A stretch of DNA of 64,000 bases from Tubiluchus corallicola (Eukaryota; Animalia; Priapulida), in contig JAQGDQ010000802.1 in the NCBI GenBank assembly GCA_030141605.1, positions 1-64,000 of the forward strand, in the 5' to 3' direction. Positions 1 through 13,476 of the stretch are shown here, in pieces; the stretch's first letter is position 1; each line of letters starts with the position of its first letter. The notes under the pieces are model-generated. The model did no database searches. It saw only the letters and a program-made list of their open reading frames with translations, and was not told the origin of the DNA. The position numbers and the translations under genes are program-made.

Positions 1-40
1 ACACTTCTATTGTTGTACTTCGTTCAGTTACGTATTGCTC

Positions 41-1948
41 ATAGGAATTGAATTTATACCACAAATTCCTTAGTGACAAAAAGTAAAGGGTTATCTGTCC
101 ATAGGAATTAAATTCATACCACTAATTCGTTAGTGACAGAAGGTAAAGGGTTATCTGTCCATAGGAATTGAATTTATACCACAAATTCCTTAGTGACAAA
201 AAGTAAAGGGTTATCTGTCCATAGGAATTAAATTCATACCACTAATTCGTTAGTGACAGAAGGTAAAGGGTTATCTGTCCATAGGAATTGAATTTATACC
301 ACAAATTCGTTAGTGACAGAAGGTAAAGGGTTATCTGTCCATAGGAATTGAATTTATACCACTAATTCGTTAGTGACGGAAGGTAAAGGGTTATCTGTCC
401 ACAGGAATTAAATTCATACCACTAATTCGTTAGTGACAGAAAGTAAAGGGTTATCTGTCCATAGGAATTGAATTTATACCACTAATTCGTTAGTGACAGA
501 AGGTAAAGGGTTATCTGTCCATAGGAATTGAATTTATACCACAAATTCCTTAGTGACAAAAAGTAAAGGGTTATCTGTCCATAGGAATTGAATTTATACC
601 ACAAATTCGTTAGTGACAGAAGGTAAAGGGTTATCTGTCCATAGGAATTGAATTTATACCACTAATTCGTTAGTGACGGAAGGTAAAGGGTTATCTGTCC
701 ATAGGAATTAAATTCATACCACTAATTCGTTAGTGACAGAAGGTAAAGGGTTATCTGTCCATAGGAATTGAATTTATACCACTAATTCCTTAGTGACAGA
801 AGGTAAAGGGTTATCTGTCCATAGGAATTGAATTTATACCACAAATTCCTTAGTGACAAAAAGTAAAGGGTTATCTGTCCATAGGAATTGAATTTATACC
901 ACTAATTCGTTAGTGACAGAAGGTAAAGGGTTATCTGTCCACAGGAATTAAATTCATGCCACTAATTCGTTAGTGACAGCAAGTAAAGGGTTATCTGTCC
1001 ATAGGAATTGAATTCATACCACTAATTCCTTAGTGACAAAAAGTAAAGGGTTATCTGTCCATAGGAATTAAATTCATACCACTAATTCGTTAGTGACGGA
1101 AGGTAAAGGGTTATCTGTCCACAGGAATTAAATTCATACCACTAATTCGTTAGTGACGGAAGGTAAAGGGTTATCTGTCCACAGGAATTAAATTCATACC
1201 ACTAATTCGTTAGTGACAGAAAGTAAAGGGTTATCTGTCCATAGGAATTGAATTTATACCACTAATTCGTTAGTGACAAAAAGTAAAGGGTTATCTGTCC
1301 ATAGGAATTGAATTTATACCACAAATTCGTTAGTGACAGAAGGTAAAGGGTTATCTGTCCATAGGAATTGAATTTATACCACTAATTCGTTAGTGACGGA
1401 AGGTAAAGGGTTATCTGTCCATAGGAATTAAATTCATACCACTAATTCGTTAGTGACAGAAGGTAAAGGGTTATCTGTCCATAGGAATTGAATTTATACC
1501 ACTAATTCGTTAGTGACAGAAGGTAAAGGGTTATCTGTCCATAGGAATTGAATTTATACCACAAATTCCTTAGTGACAAAAAGTAAAGGGTTATCTGTCC
1601 ATAGGAATTGAATTTATACCACTAATTCGTTAGTGACAGAAGGTAAAGGGTTATCTGTCCACAGGAATTAAATTCATGCCACTAATTCGTTAGTGACAGC
1701 AAGTAAAGGGTTATCTGTCCATAGGAATTGAATTCATACCACTAATTCCTTAGTGACAAAAAGTAAAGGGTTATCTGTCCATAGGAATTAAATTCATACC
1801 ACTAATTCGTTAGTGACGGAAGGTAAAGGGTTATCTGTCCACAGGAATTAAATTCATACCACTAATTCGTTAGTGACGGAAGGTAAAGGGTTATCTGTCC
1901 ATAGGAATTGAATTCATACCACTAATTCGTTAGTGGCAGAAGTATCTG
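41..1948. repeat. 60-bp tandem satellite, about 31-32 copies
   Basis: Near-identical 60-mer in register with the printed lines (ATAGGAATTGAATTTATACCACTAATTCGTTAGTGACAGAAGGTAAAGGGTTATCTGTCC). Confidence 0.98.
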
Positions 1949-2829
1949 TTGACGTTCTTTTTAAACTGGGATGAAATTGTAGTTTTCAAGGAAAGAATTT
2001 CCTGGTAGAGCATTCCGTATTAGCAATTGTATTTGTGCAATTTGAGTCTTCACTTAAAAACTTGGAAGAAAAGATCAGGTCTTCTAGGAAGTTATGCTCA
2101 TTTCAACATTGGTGGAATATGTTAGAAGGATTTAGTAGTAAAAATGCAATAAGCGCCTCGTGTAATTAGTAAAATCACTTTAAAGTTGCGATCACTTCGT
2201 GCATGGGCGCTCCCATTTTCAATGCCCATTCTTCCAATGACGTCATTCGTCTTGAAGAAAAGTAGTGCACGGTCAGTCTTCAACAAACGTATAACAATTT
2301 TGTCAAAAAGATAATTTTCTAATACTTTTGCATGAAGCTTAGGTAAGCTGCAGAAGTTTGAAGTAATATAAGCAGCACGCGCTCACGGAAAGCCACGAGA
2401 CGCTCACGAAAACTCGCGAAGTCCACCAGTTACGTCATGATTTTCAAGTGAATCACTGAACCTGAAAATTTCTATTCGGAGGTTGTATATTTTAAATTTT
2501 TGCTTTACAGACAGTTTTTTTTGCAAATTTCTTTCTTATATTTTTCTAAATTTAAGTAAAATAAACCCAGTATGCTGAGTGACTTGGCTATTGGCCACTC
2601 AAGCTAGTTACCTGTGCAATTTCCATGAAGTGGCGTCTTCTTTGTCTCATTACGGATAAACTTTTGTTAGTTCGCATAATGACCACCAGAGTGCACGTGA
2701 AGCGTTGGTCGTCCCAGAAATTCTTGCATTGGCATTCCAGATGGCAGCGGTTATGGAAAATCAATAAACATAAAGCTAAAGATAGGAAACCTGCTTGCTG
2801 TTTACTATACCAATTAGGATAGGCATCGT

Positions 2830-3027
2830 CAGGGCCTATTTCAGCCTAAGCGGGGCGTGTGAGGCGCCCAGAAAATTTTTCAACTGCTAAAATGCCGGAA
2901 AAGCGTTTTCGAAGAGAAAATATAGAGTTATACAGTTGTTAAAGGAAAGAGCAATTGAAAGAAAAACTGCTTTATTCTTAAGACCCATCCTTAATACTTG
3001 TCAATACTGGCAAACGGCGCGCGTGCG

Positions 3028-3091
<64 letters not shown>

Positions 3092-3246
3092 GAGGGAGGG
3101 AGGGAGGGAGGGAGGGAGGGAGGAGGGAGAGGGAGGGAGGAGGCAGTATGTTCGCATAAAGCATAAAAAATGTTACCTCGGCGCGAGGCCCCCCTGGAGG
3201 GTGAGGCCCCGTGAAGTATCCCCCCCCCCCCCTGAAATAGGCCCGG
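2830..3246. mobile_element. hAT-type MITE containing (AG)n/(GGGA)n tract
   Basis: TIR CAGGGCCTATTTCAG / CTGAAATAGGCCCGG; 8-bp TSD GGCATCGT on both sides. Confidence 0.88.
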
Positions 3247-4889
3247 GGCATCGTGCATGCATAGATGTTTGATTTTTGATGGATATTTCATCACCGACAG
3301 ATACTATATCTGTTGCCCTATTTCTAAGAGTTGATTTATCTTGAACGCGCGCATTGTTGCTGTATTTGTCGCATCAGTGTCTGACCTTGAAGAGCATAGA
3401 TGCACAAATTCCCACATAGTGAACTTATAACAACTTTTTGTGAAAAAAATGAGGTGTGTGACGTGTGCACTGAGTCGCAGTTTACGACCAATTAAGTGTG
3501 TTTTTTTTCTGCAAAAGAAAATGCACCGGAAATGTCCTTTGAATTCAGAAATTCTGCATCAGGTGGCCTCCTTAGCCCGATGTACGATATATTGTTTATA
3601 CAAATCGTTCCGGACAAGACCACTGGTCACTCAACGTAAGGGTATGCAGAAAACTTTTGTATTGTTTCCAGAGAAATGGAATTCGTAATTCTAATTTGAT
3701 GGTCGCGAAAGGTACCCGTTGATGTTCTTTTTGAATTGCATGAGGTTACTTACTTCAAAAAAGTAAATTTCTGATAGGAAATTCCATGGATAAGAGGCCC
3801 GAAGGAAAACTAGGTATATGAGCAGCTGTTCTTCGCCTGGAAATGTTAAAAAGCAAGCCTATGAGAATGATGCTTTACACATGTATTCTCACTTTTTAAG
3901 CACTCCATCTACACTTGTTTTTTTTTTTTGAAGTTTTTGTATTGTTACAAACTTTTGATATTGTTTAACATGTATGTCACATGTGGATCTAACAAACTAT
4001 AAACTGTAATGAGTGCAGTGTGAACAGTGAGGTGAGATCCTGGACGCACCATAGACGTGGTGATAAGTCATAAGTCATTTATTTCACCTTACACATTTAC
4101 AATGGTTACATATACAATATCTAGTGAAAGGGCCTACAATGGATATAATACAAATAAGAAATACTGCATAGGAAAAGCCTCAAACACTGTTCACTTATAC
4201 ACGAGGGTAAATGTGTAGCGGACAATCAAAAAGCAGGGCTTGTTAGATTGTCCCTCACAGTGAAAGAAAAAAAAGTAATGGAGATAATCTGAAAATTTAA
4301 GCGAATCGTGATAAAAAAAGAAAAAACATTAGTGCTTAAAATGGAATGATGTAATGAATGAAGCTCATATATGGGATAAAGGATACTTAAAAATGTGCCG
4401 GAAAAACTGTTCAAATTGAGAAATTCCGGATCCGGTAGCCTTTGTGTGACGTACAGGCTACCTGCCAAGTTTACAAATATCAAGACTGATTGTTTTATTT
4501 GAATTCTGATAAGGGGAACACTTATCTGTTACCTTATATATGTGCGTACTGTCACTTGTGTACATGAACTTGGAACTGCTTAACAGGTTAGTAAGTTATA
4601 CTGTGTCACTTTCTGTGCTGTGGAATAGATCCTTTCTTATTGCTTTAAAATTGTGTAAATTTGTGTCTTTAATTTGTTCATCATTACGAAATTCGGTGCT
4701 GATTTGTGTTTTGTCGTTGCGGTAAGTTATTTTAAGGGAAGTGATCTTGTAACGGCAGTTATGTGGTTAAAAGGGAAGAAAATGCGATTTAAAGTAAGTC
4801 CCAAAAACCTTTCCAGACAAAGTTGTGTTAAATTACATTACTCTTACTTGTTTGAAAGACTTGTGTAACTAGAAAAGAATATTTGTGGT

Positions 4890-4890
<1 letters not shown>

Positions 4891-4983
<93 letters not shown>

Positions 4984-4996
4984 CTGCTACTGCTGT
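4891..4996. repeat. (TGT)n/(TGC)n microsatellite
   Basis: Direct reading. Confidence 0.95.
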
Positions 4997-5391
4997 TCTT
5001 TGTATAACTCACTAAACCTTCATGTTCAGCTAATAAGAAATTCTACATTAAAGGAAAAGAATACGTCCTTTCCAAGAGATGATGATAGCGATATTTCTTT
5101 ATTTCGTAATTCTATACAAAAGGGTGTATACAAACGAGGCCGATAAATTACAGAAATTTTAATTGAAGTACAGGAGGTAATTTAAAATGCGCGTGCCAAC
5201 TGGTAAAATGTAACTGACTTACCGTCCCAATGTGCACCGCTGTCTCACCAAAAACACGTTATTAATCTTATTGACAATATAAAGTTATTTAAACTTTTTC
5301 TTCGTTAGTGAAGAGTGTGCTACGAATGCTTCGGATGATTATGCTTAAGAAAGCAGTATGTAAGTTGTGAAAATTGTTAAGATGTCTTTTA

Positions 5392-6805
5392 AGCTTTGTA
5401 TAAGTACAGAGTTTCCTTTTCCTTTAGACTTTGTATAAGTACAGAGTTTTCTTTTCCTTTAGACTTTGTATAAGTACAGAGTTTCCTTTTCCTTTAGACT
5501 TTGTATAAGTACAGAGTTTTCTTTTCCTTTAGACTTTGTATTTAGACTTTGTATAAGTACAGAGTTTTCTTTTCCTTTAGACTTTGTATAAGTACAGAGT
5601 TTTCTTTTCCTTTAGACTTTGTATAAGTACAGAGTTTTCTTTTCCTTTAGACTTTGTATAAGTACAGAGTTTTCTTTTCCATTAGACTTTGTATAAGTAC
5701 AGAGTTTTCTTTTCCTTTAGACTTTGTATAAGTACAGAGTTTTCTTTTCCTTTAGACTTTGTATAAGTACAGAGTTTTCTTTTCCTTTAGACTTTGTATA
5801 AGTACAGAGTTTTCTTTTCCTTTAGACTTTGTATAAGTACAGAGTTTTCTTTTCCATTAGACTTTGTATAAGTACAGAGTTTTCTTTTCCTTTAGACTTT
5901 ATATAGGTACAGAGTTTTCTCTTCCTTTAGACTTTGTATAAGTACAGAGTTTTCTTTTCCATTAGACTTTGTATAAGTACAGAGTTTTCTCTTCCTTTAG
6001 ACTTTGTATAAGTACAGAGTTTTCTTTTCCATTAGACTTTGTATAAGTACAGAGTTTTCTTTTCCTTTAGACTTTATATAGGTACAGAGTTTTCTCTTCC
6101 TTTAGACTTTGTATAAGTACAGAGTTTTCTTTTCCATTAGACTTTGTATAAGTACAGAGTTTTCTCTTCCTTTAGACTTTGTATAAGTACAGAGTTTTCT
6201 TTTCCTTTAGACTTTGTATAAGTACAGAGTTTTCTTTTCCATTAGACTTTGTATAAGTACAGAGTTTTCTTTTCCTTTAGACTTTGTATAAGTACAGAGT
6301 TTTCTTTTCCTTTAGACTTTGTATAAGTACAGAGTTTTCTTTTCCTTTAGACTTTGTATAAGTACAGAGTTTTCTTTTCCTTTAGACTTTGTATAAGTAC
6401 AGAGTTTTCTTTTCCATTAGACTTTGTATAAGTACAGAGTTTTCTTTTCCTTTAGACTTTATATAGGTACAGAGTTTTCTCTTCCTTTAGACTTTGTATA
6501 AGTACAGAGTTTTCTTTTCCATTAGACTTTGTATAAGTACAGAGTTTTCTCTTCCTTTAGACTTTGTATAAGTACAGAGTTTTCTTTTCCATTAGACTTT
6601 GTATAAGTACAGAGTTTTCTTTTCCTTTAGACTTTATATAGGTACAGAGTTTTCTCTTCCTTTAGACTTTGTATAAGTACAGAGTTTTCTTTTCCATTAG
6701 ACTTTGTATAAGTACAGAGTTTTCTTTTCCATTAGACTTTGTATAAGTACAGAGTTTTCTTTTCCTTTAGACTTTGTATAAGTACAGAGTTTTCTTTTCC
6801 TTTAA
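5392..6805. repeat. 35-bp tandem minisatellite, about 40 copies
   Basis: Unit TTTAGACTTTGTATAAGTACAGAGTTTTCTTTTCC. Confidence 0.97.
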
Positions 6806-7924
6806 ATTTATTGAGTTACTGAGTGTTTCGCATTTTGCAAATCTACGATTAGTAGGATACCCGTCGTAATGATGTTTCACAAACCCGCACTGCATTTTTT
6901 ACAGTTTGTACCCGTCATACCACAAAGCCCCGGGCAAATTTTTTGGTGTTTTTTTTGTGGAAATTCCTGAAATTGTAAAATAACATTCCCATTTTTCAGC
7001 AATATATTTGGAGTGTTTGGACGTATATTAAGCGTGAAGGTAATTTGAATAAAACTGATTTTTTACTCCTGCTCTTATCCTGAGCATTCGTAGATGCAGA
7101 ACGCGTCTCCTTATAAGTCAGTTTTCCCTCGGGCCCTTATCTGTGGTATTCTGTGGCAGAAAATTGTTCTCATTTTTTCTAGAATCTCATTTGCCTTAAA
7201 AAGAGCATCAACACACACCTCCTAATGTACTAACGATTCAAATATCAGCATTTTTAGACGTGTATCATATTTGTCACCGTTCTGTGGCCACTTAGCCTGA
7301 GTGACCGTTGGCCTTGTCGGGGCGATTAAAAAAAAACGTTTCTTGCTCGAAACGCGCAACAGTTTCTCACTTTACCTGCTGCTCTGACCTTCCCTTCTCT
7401 CAAACACTAGCCGGTGGGCATTGTAGGTGGTGCTTGTTTCACAGCTTGTTTAAGAGGAATTGCCCGTTTATCCATGAACAGTGGATCTCTGTGTGCACTG
7501 AGTAGGAAGAGAGAGAGAAAGAGAGAGAGAGATTACTGATTAGAGATCAAAGCATGTTTGTTTGTGTCGGCAACATGTCCTTAAACTTGCGAATGTCATG
7601 TTATATTGAGCGTGTTTTTGGCGTTGTTGTTGTTGTTGCTGCTGCTGCTCCTGCTGTTGTTGTTGTTGTTTGTATAACTCACTAAACCTTCATGTTCAGT
7701 TAATAAGAAATCCATCATTAAAGGAAAAGAACACCTCCTTTCCAAGAAATGATGATGATGATGATGATGATGATGATATTTCGTAATTCTATAGAAAATG
7801 ATGTATATAAACGAGGCCTCCATTTGCAATTAAAATACAAGAATTAAATAAATACTTCAGTGTAAATAACGAATATCTGGATGATTGTCACTTTGCGCTT
7901 AGTACGTGAACTTCACAAGCACTT

Positions 7925-8432
7925 TATTTTTTTAGATTTTAATAGATTTATTTCGCAATAAACATATACATATATACATATACATTACATGTGCATCGAT
8001 AATCAGTTTTTGTTAATACAAAAATATGATACAATTCATGAATTCATCGCTAGAGACCTAAGAACCTAGCTTATGGTAGAATTAGTTACGAAAAAAATTA
8101 CAATATATACAGATACACTATTACAATATATACAGATACAATATTACAATATATACAGATACAATATTACAATATATACAGATACACTATTACAATATGT
8201 ACAAATATAAATACGGGTGGGAAGTAATAAAAATATTATTATACTGGAGGGGAAGTTTTTGAAAATGAAAAACAACAAATCATGATTGACTGATCAGTTG
8301 TACGTTTCAAGTAAGTTTAATTTCTAATTTTTTTTAAATATGGACAGCGAGTTGGTATTTTTAATAGCTGGAGCAATTGAATTCCATATGTAAGGGCCAT
8401 TGTATTTAGTAGAAAATTTTCTAACATTTGTA
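7925..8432 (-). mobile_element. 3' fragment of a CR1/L2-group LINE
   Basis: Minus strand about 8432-8325 translates as TNVRKFSTKYNGPYIWNSIAPAIKNTNSLSIFKK, typical of the C-terminus of these LINE ORF2 proteins; 3' UTR includes a 21-bp repeat. Confidence 0.75.
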
Positions 8433-9266
8433 ATATATATAAATTTACTATACAAGCACTTTGCAAGCACCATGCATATAAAATACTATATAAAACCGCC
8501 TAATAGTTACCTATGTAGAAAAATTGCCGTTATGCGTCCACATCTTATGAACAACTAATAGTAAGGTATTTCAGCAAACTTTGTTTTATACAGTTGGAAT
8601 TATTGCTGATAAGAAAAGTTAGTTAACATTATAACAAAGAGATTCGAATATAATTGTAATATTTACAGATTTTAGCTATTTAACTTTGACAATTTTACAA
8701 TCATCATCGTCATCATCATCGTCGTCGGCATCATCATCATCATCATCATCGTCGTCGTCGTCGTCATCATCATCATCCTCATACAAACATTTGATAAGAC
8801 GCACTAGAGTTGTAGTTATTTTTTCCTGTGCCCTGCTTCCTGTGACTTCCTGTAAACCTGTAAGTTTTTTACCTTATTTCATTTCATGTGTCTTCCTGTG
8901 AACGTGTTTATAATGTAATTACAAATTACAAAATCCCCCACCCAGAAAATAACCCTTTGTGTTTGTTTGTGCTTTTGTTTGTTTCAAACTGTGGATTGGA
9001 ACTTCGTACATTTTTTTTTTATAGTAGAGGATGTTTGGGAGCGTCGTGTTGCGCTGAGTCTGTTTTTGTTGACGCTGCTTGTGTAACTTCCGGCTAAACC
9101 GGCACTTCCGGTCATTGCGCGGCGCTCAACTTTTTCCTTCAGTTTAATTAACACTTATGTGCTGTTTTGTTTTTATTTATGATCATGTGAATTTACATTG
9201 GAATTGGTAATTGTGTTTATTATCATTGTTCTCGCAATCTGCACAATCATTTTTCATTGTGTATAA

Positions 9267-9660
9267 CCAGTATTAACCCGATAAAAGTTTTTAATACGCC
9301 CACGCAATTCCCTGTTTCTTTGGGCAGGAGAAAATTAGAAGTTTTAGCTTTCAGTTTATTACTTAAGCAGGGAAATTTTAAGGAATTTTTGTACAAAATT
9401 GGGCAGGCTCCTAATAGCACATGTAACTGCTTATTAAGCCCTCAGTCTGTACATCATTTATTATTTGAATGTACATTAGTAAACCAAGCCAAAAGAACTG
9501 ATTTTATTAGCACTCTGCTTACGTTAGATTCGGACTGTTTTCTCTACCCGGGATAATAATGCTATAAATGCTTTTGCAAATCTTATCTCGGATGAATTCC
9601 TATCGTCTTTCGCTCGTATTTAAACAGTCTGTTGGTGATGAAATTTTACAACTCTCGTCG
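9267..9660 (+). mobile_element. Non-LTR retrotransposon ORF2 C-terminal fragment (CCHC-like)
   Basis: GNFKEFLYKIGQAPNSTCNCLLSPQSVHHLLFEC motif. Confidence 0.75.
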
Positions 9661-10025
9661 TGTTTTCTATATGCTGTTTTGTTTTTATTTATGATTATGT
9701 GAATTTACATTAGAATTGGTAATTATGTTTATTATAATTGTACTCGCTGTTTTTCATTGTGTATAATGTGTGTAAATTTTTGTTACTAAGTATTAAAATA
9801 TGTTCGTTATCTTTTATTATGTATGTATGTAGTGTTGGATTATAATTTGTAACTATGTCTATTGTATATGATCGTTGTCGTTCATTGTGTCTCATGCGTT
9901 GGATTCTAAATTATATATATATATATATGTGAATAGGTTTAATACGTTGTAAATGCTTTTAGAAATTTTAAACATATCCATACAAATAGAGGGAATGTAT
10001 TCTGTACATAGTTTTAAAGAATAAA

Positions 10026-10503
<478 letters not shown>

Positions 10504-11160
10504 TAACGCTCAACATTGGTGTGAATGCTGTCAAAACCCAGGCCAGTATCTGTCTCAGTGCTGTGAGTATTTATGCAGTACTTACAAGGTGATTAACCGT
10601 GTAATTGCCCCACTTGTACGTGATGCTGTTGCTTTCGTTTCCTCTTGTGAAATTGTGCGGCTGCTGCTAATTAGTAATGAAAGCAGCACAGCAAATTGTT
10701 ACATGTTAAATTGCGCATGGGTGTGCGGCGCTTAATGGGTCGACCAGACATACCTTGCAGGTTTACCGGAGTAATTTATGGTACCCTAAAGTGCAGTAAC
10801 TGTCTGCTGATCTCGGAATGTTTGATACATAAGTTCACCGACTTCCATATATTTTGAAAGTGACATGTAAGATACGCCCACTACAGTAACAACTGTTATC
10901 TTGAAAAGTAATGTAGGTGATTTGATGGCAGTGATGCGCATGCTGTGTACTGTATGATACAGCAGCTATCAGCTGTAAACAATACGCGAGATTCCGTAAT
11001 TTTACCCATCACGCCTCGAGTGTGATTATGGGTACGAATAGCGGGTATTTATAGCAGCGATTATGGACAGCGGGTACAAATTCCTAAGCCTTTTATCTAG
11101 CTAATTGTGGTATTGAACTCATGACTTTTTGGTCTGTGGTAAATGAAGTTTTTTGCATTA

Positions 11161-11643
11161 CCGTATTTTCCCGTGTATAAAAGACCCTTTTTTGCTCAGA
11201 ATTTTCACTTTAAAAATAGGGGGTCTCTTATACATGGGAGTAAGTCTTTTCAATAAGATGCATAAATTGTGACACTAATGATTTTAAAGAAATAAGTGCT
11301 CTACAACTGTTTTATTTCGAATAATTATAGTTTCCTTTCAATAAATCTTCTCCATGGCTAAATTCTAATGATAAAATTAATGTACCGGGTAAGTTATTAT
11401 TTTTTTAAACGTCAAAAGAGGACAATGCCAATTTTGAGCAGAGTGACTCCTCTGATGATGAACTGGCTGGAATTGCTGAAGGTCTGACTCCAGTTGATAT
11501 TTTTGATGAGAGTGATGAGGAATTTAATGATTTCTATGATGAATAAAGTTATTCATTACCAAAAAACTTTTTTCCAGAATTTTTGCCTAAAAATTGAAGG
11601 GGTCTCTTATACACAAGGGTCTCTTATACATGGGAAAATACGG
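11161..11643 (+). mobile_element. Tc1/mariner-pogo type MITE
   Basis: TIR CCGTATTTTCCCGTGTATAA / TTATACATGGGAAAATACGG, TA on both sides, subterminal GGGTCTCTTATACA repeats. Confidence 0.9.
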
Positions 11644-12306
11644 TAATTAACAGAAGTAAAATTGAAAGAAGAAGAAAAAAGAAGAAATATTTTTTGTTTT
11701 AAAAAACTAGACTTTTATCTAATTCAACGAAAAAGATGAATTTCTGGGTGGCAGTAAGTGAAGTTTTTTGTGCTAAGTAAAAGAAGTAAAATTGAAAGAA
11801 GAAGAAAAAAGAAAAAATATTTTTTGTTTTAAAAAACTAGAAAGTCCGAACCTTTTATCTAATTCAATGAAAAAGATGTATTTCTGACTAGCAGTAAATG
11901 AAGTTTTTTTGCACTAATGAGATCAGAAGGAAATGCGAAGAAGAAGAAAAAGAAAGGGACAAAAAACTTTAATTAACTAGAAATTTCCTATTAATCAGTT
12001 ATGGAATCGAACCCACGACCTTCTGATCTGCAGTAAATTTCTTCTTTGTACTATTAAGATGAGAAACAAAACGCCAAGAAGAAGAAGAAGGAAGAGGAGT
12101 AGTTTTTGATTTTAACTAGCATTGTTGCAGAAAACGGAATTGTTGCTTGTGCGCATGTGCATAACCTACTGTTAGTTTTTGGTCTTTAATATTAATTTTA
12201 CCATCAACTGTTTGTGGTTTGTAAGTGAACTTACCGTTCTAACCGTTTGTTTCCAGCATGTGCACGAGTCCTTGAGCATGAATAGATTAATACTTCACAT
12301 GTAGGC

Positions 12307-12408
12307 ATGGCCACCACTGCTAGTGCAACTAATCTTACTAATGGCGATGTCAACCAGCATGGCGGCAGGACCGGCACCGATAACCGTGCTAGATTGGTGT
12401 CCTCAAAG
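12307..12408 (+). CDS. PHLDB: PHLDB/LL5-like gene, putative first coding exon (MATTASATNLTNGDVNQHGGRTGTDNRARLVSSK)
   Basis: GGCATGG start context, 34 open codons, AAG|GTATGA phase-0 donor matching the next exon. No conserved motif here, so less certain than later exons. Confidence 0.6.
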
Positions 12409-12620
12409 GTATGATTGCTCGTTTAAACTGTATTGTGTATTAGTTCCTCCTTTTGTGCCACAGCTACGTTATTGGGTCTTGAACTGGTCCGTTGATTTGA
12501 TACGGTGGCTGTTGAAAGTTAAGCAACATTGAGCAAGTAGTTGCATGGTGACTAACTGCGAACATATGTGTGTAATAGACAGATTTTTCGTAAGACCAGA
12601 TTTTATTTAAAGGCCCCTCG

Positions 12621-12659
<39 letters not shown>

Positions 12660-13029
12660 CTATGATGATGATGATGATAACGATGATTTGATGGTCACTC
12701 ATTGAATTTAAGAAAAACTGTTTAATTTTATGCAATTTCTGTGAAGGACGAAAAGACTTATGTGCCATATGATATCTCAAGAGCGTTTATATCAGGCTGT
12801 TTAGCACCTTGTACCTGATGTAACAGATAAGAAAAGTTTAAGGTAAGGTCACACCTGTGAGGTGTGAGGTGTAGTTTGTTCGTGTAAAGTTGCATTGCTT
12901 GTAGAAAGCGAGAATAAGACACTAATCGTTTGGACTACTTTATAAGCCTTTGAAAACGCCTTGTTAGATACCTGAATGAACTATACATCTTAAACATAAG
13001 AAGAAGTAGCAGAAGGAGTAGCAGAAGAA

Positions 13030-13343
13030 GAAGAAGAAACGTCCCTAACGGGGGCAGGGATGAAGAAAAAGATAATATCTATTTACGAAACTTTATGGCA
13101 CATAAGGAAGGCTAGAGTGGCTACTGGTGGTCCTTCATTAGGCTGCCTTTCTACCGTTGACTCCATTACACCCCTGTTAATTCTGACCAGGCCTAGAAAG
13201 ACTGCCAAAAATTCCCGTTCGTAGACAGTTACAAAAATATTCGCGTTGTAGATAGTTATAAAAACGTTGGCGTGAATGGGATTCGAACCCAGAACCTGTT
13301 GCTTGGCAACTGCCACTGTACACAACCATCACCATGCCGCCAC
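13030..13343 (-). mobile_element. tRNA-derived SINE
   Basis: Minus-strand head with A-box-like TGGTGATGGTT and B-box GGTTCGAATCC, then a body and (TTC)n tail; no intact cloverleaf. Confidence 0.7.
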
Positions 13344-13476
13344 TGCGTCCTTGCTCTTCTGCAGCTCCAGACATTTTTTGCTTTGAGAATTTTCTTGTGT
13401 TCATGGTTACTTCCTTCTTATATGTGGGATTGTGATAAACTAGCTGATACGTGTTTTGTTATTGATTTTTTACTAG

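Noticed and set aside
41-1948. CRISPR array or hammerhead-ribozyme satellite
   Set aside because: No unique spacers, eukaryotic context, and no CUGANGA...GAAA core on either strand
4061-4515. LINE 3' end on the minus strand
   Set aside because: Tail-like TAAGTCA repeat and a possible TGATAAG duplication, but no recognisable protein motif
13268-13343. tRNA gene
   Set aside because: Has A/B boxes but no convincing cloverleaf, and continues into a SINE-like body; similar B-box remnants at about 12003, 61210 and 61975 are more decayed
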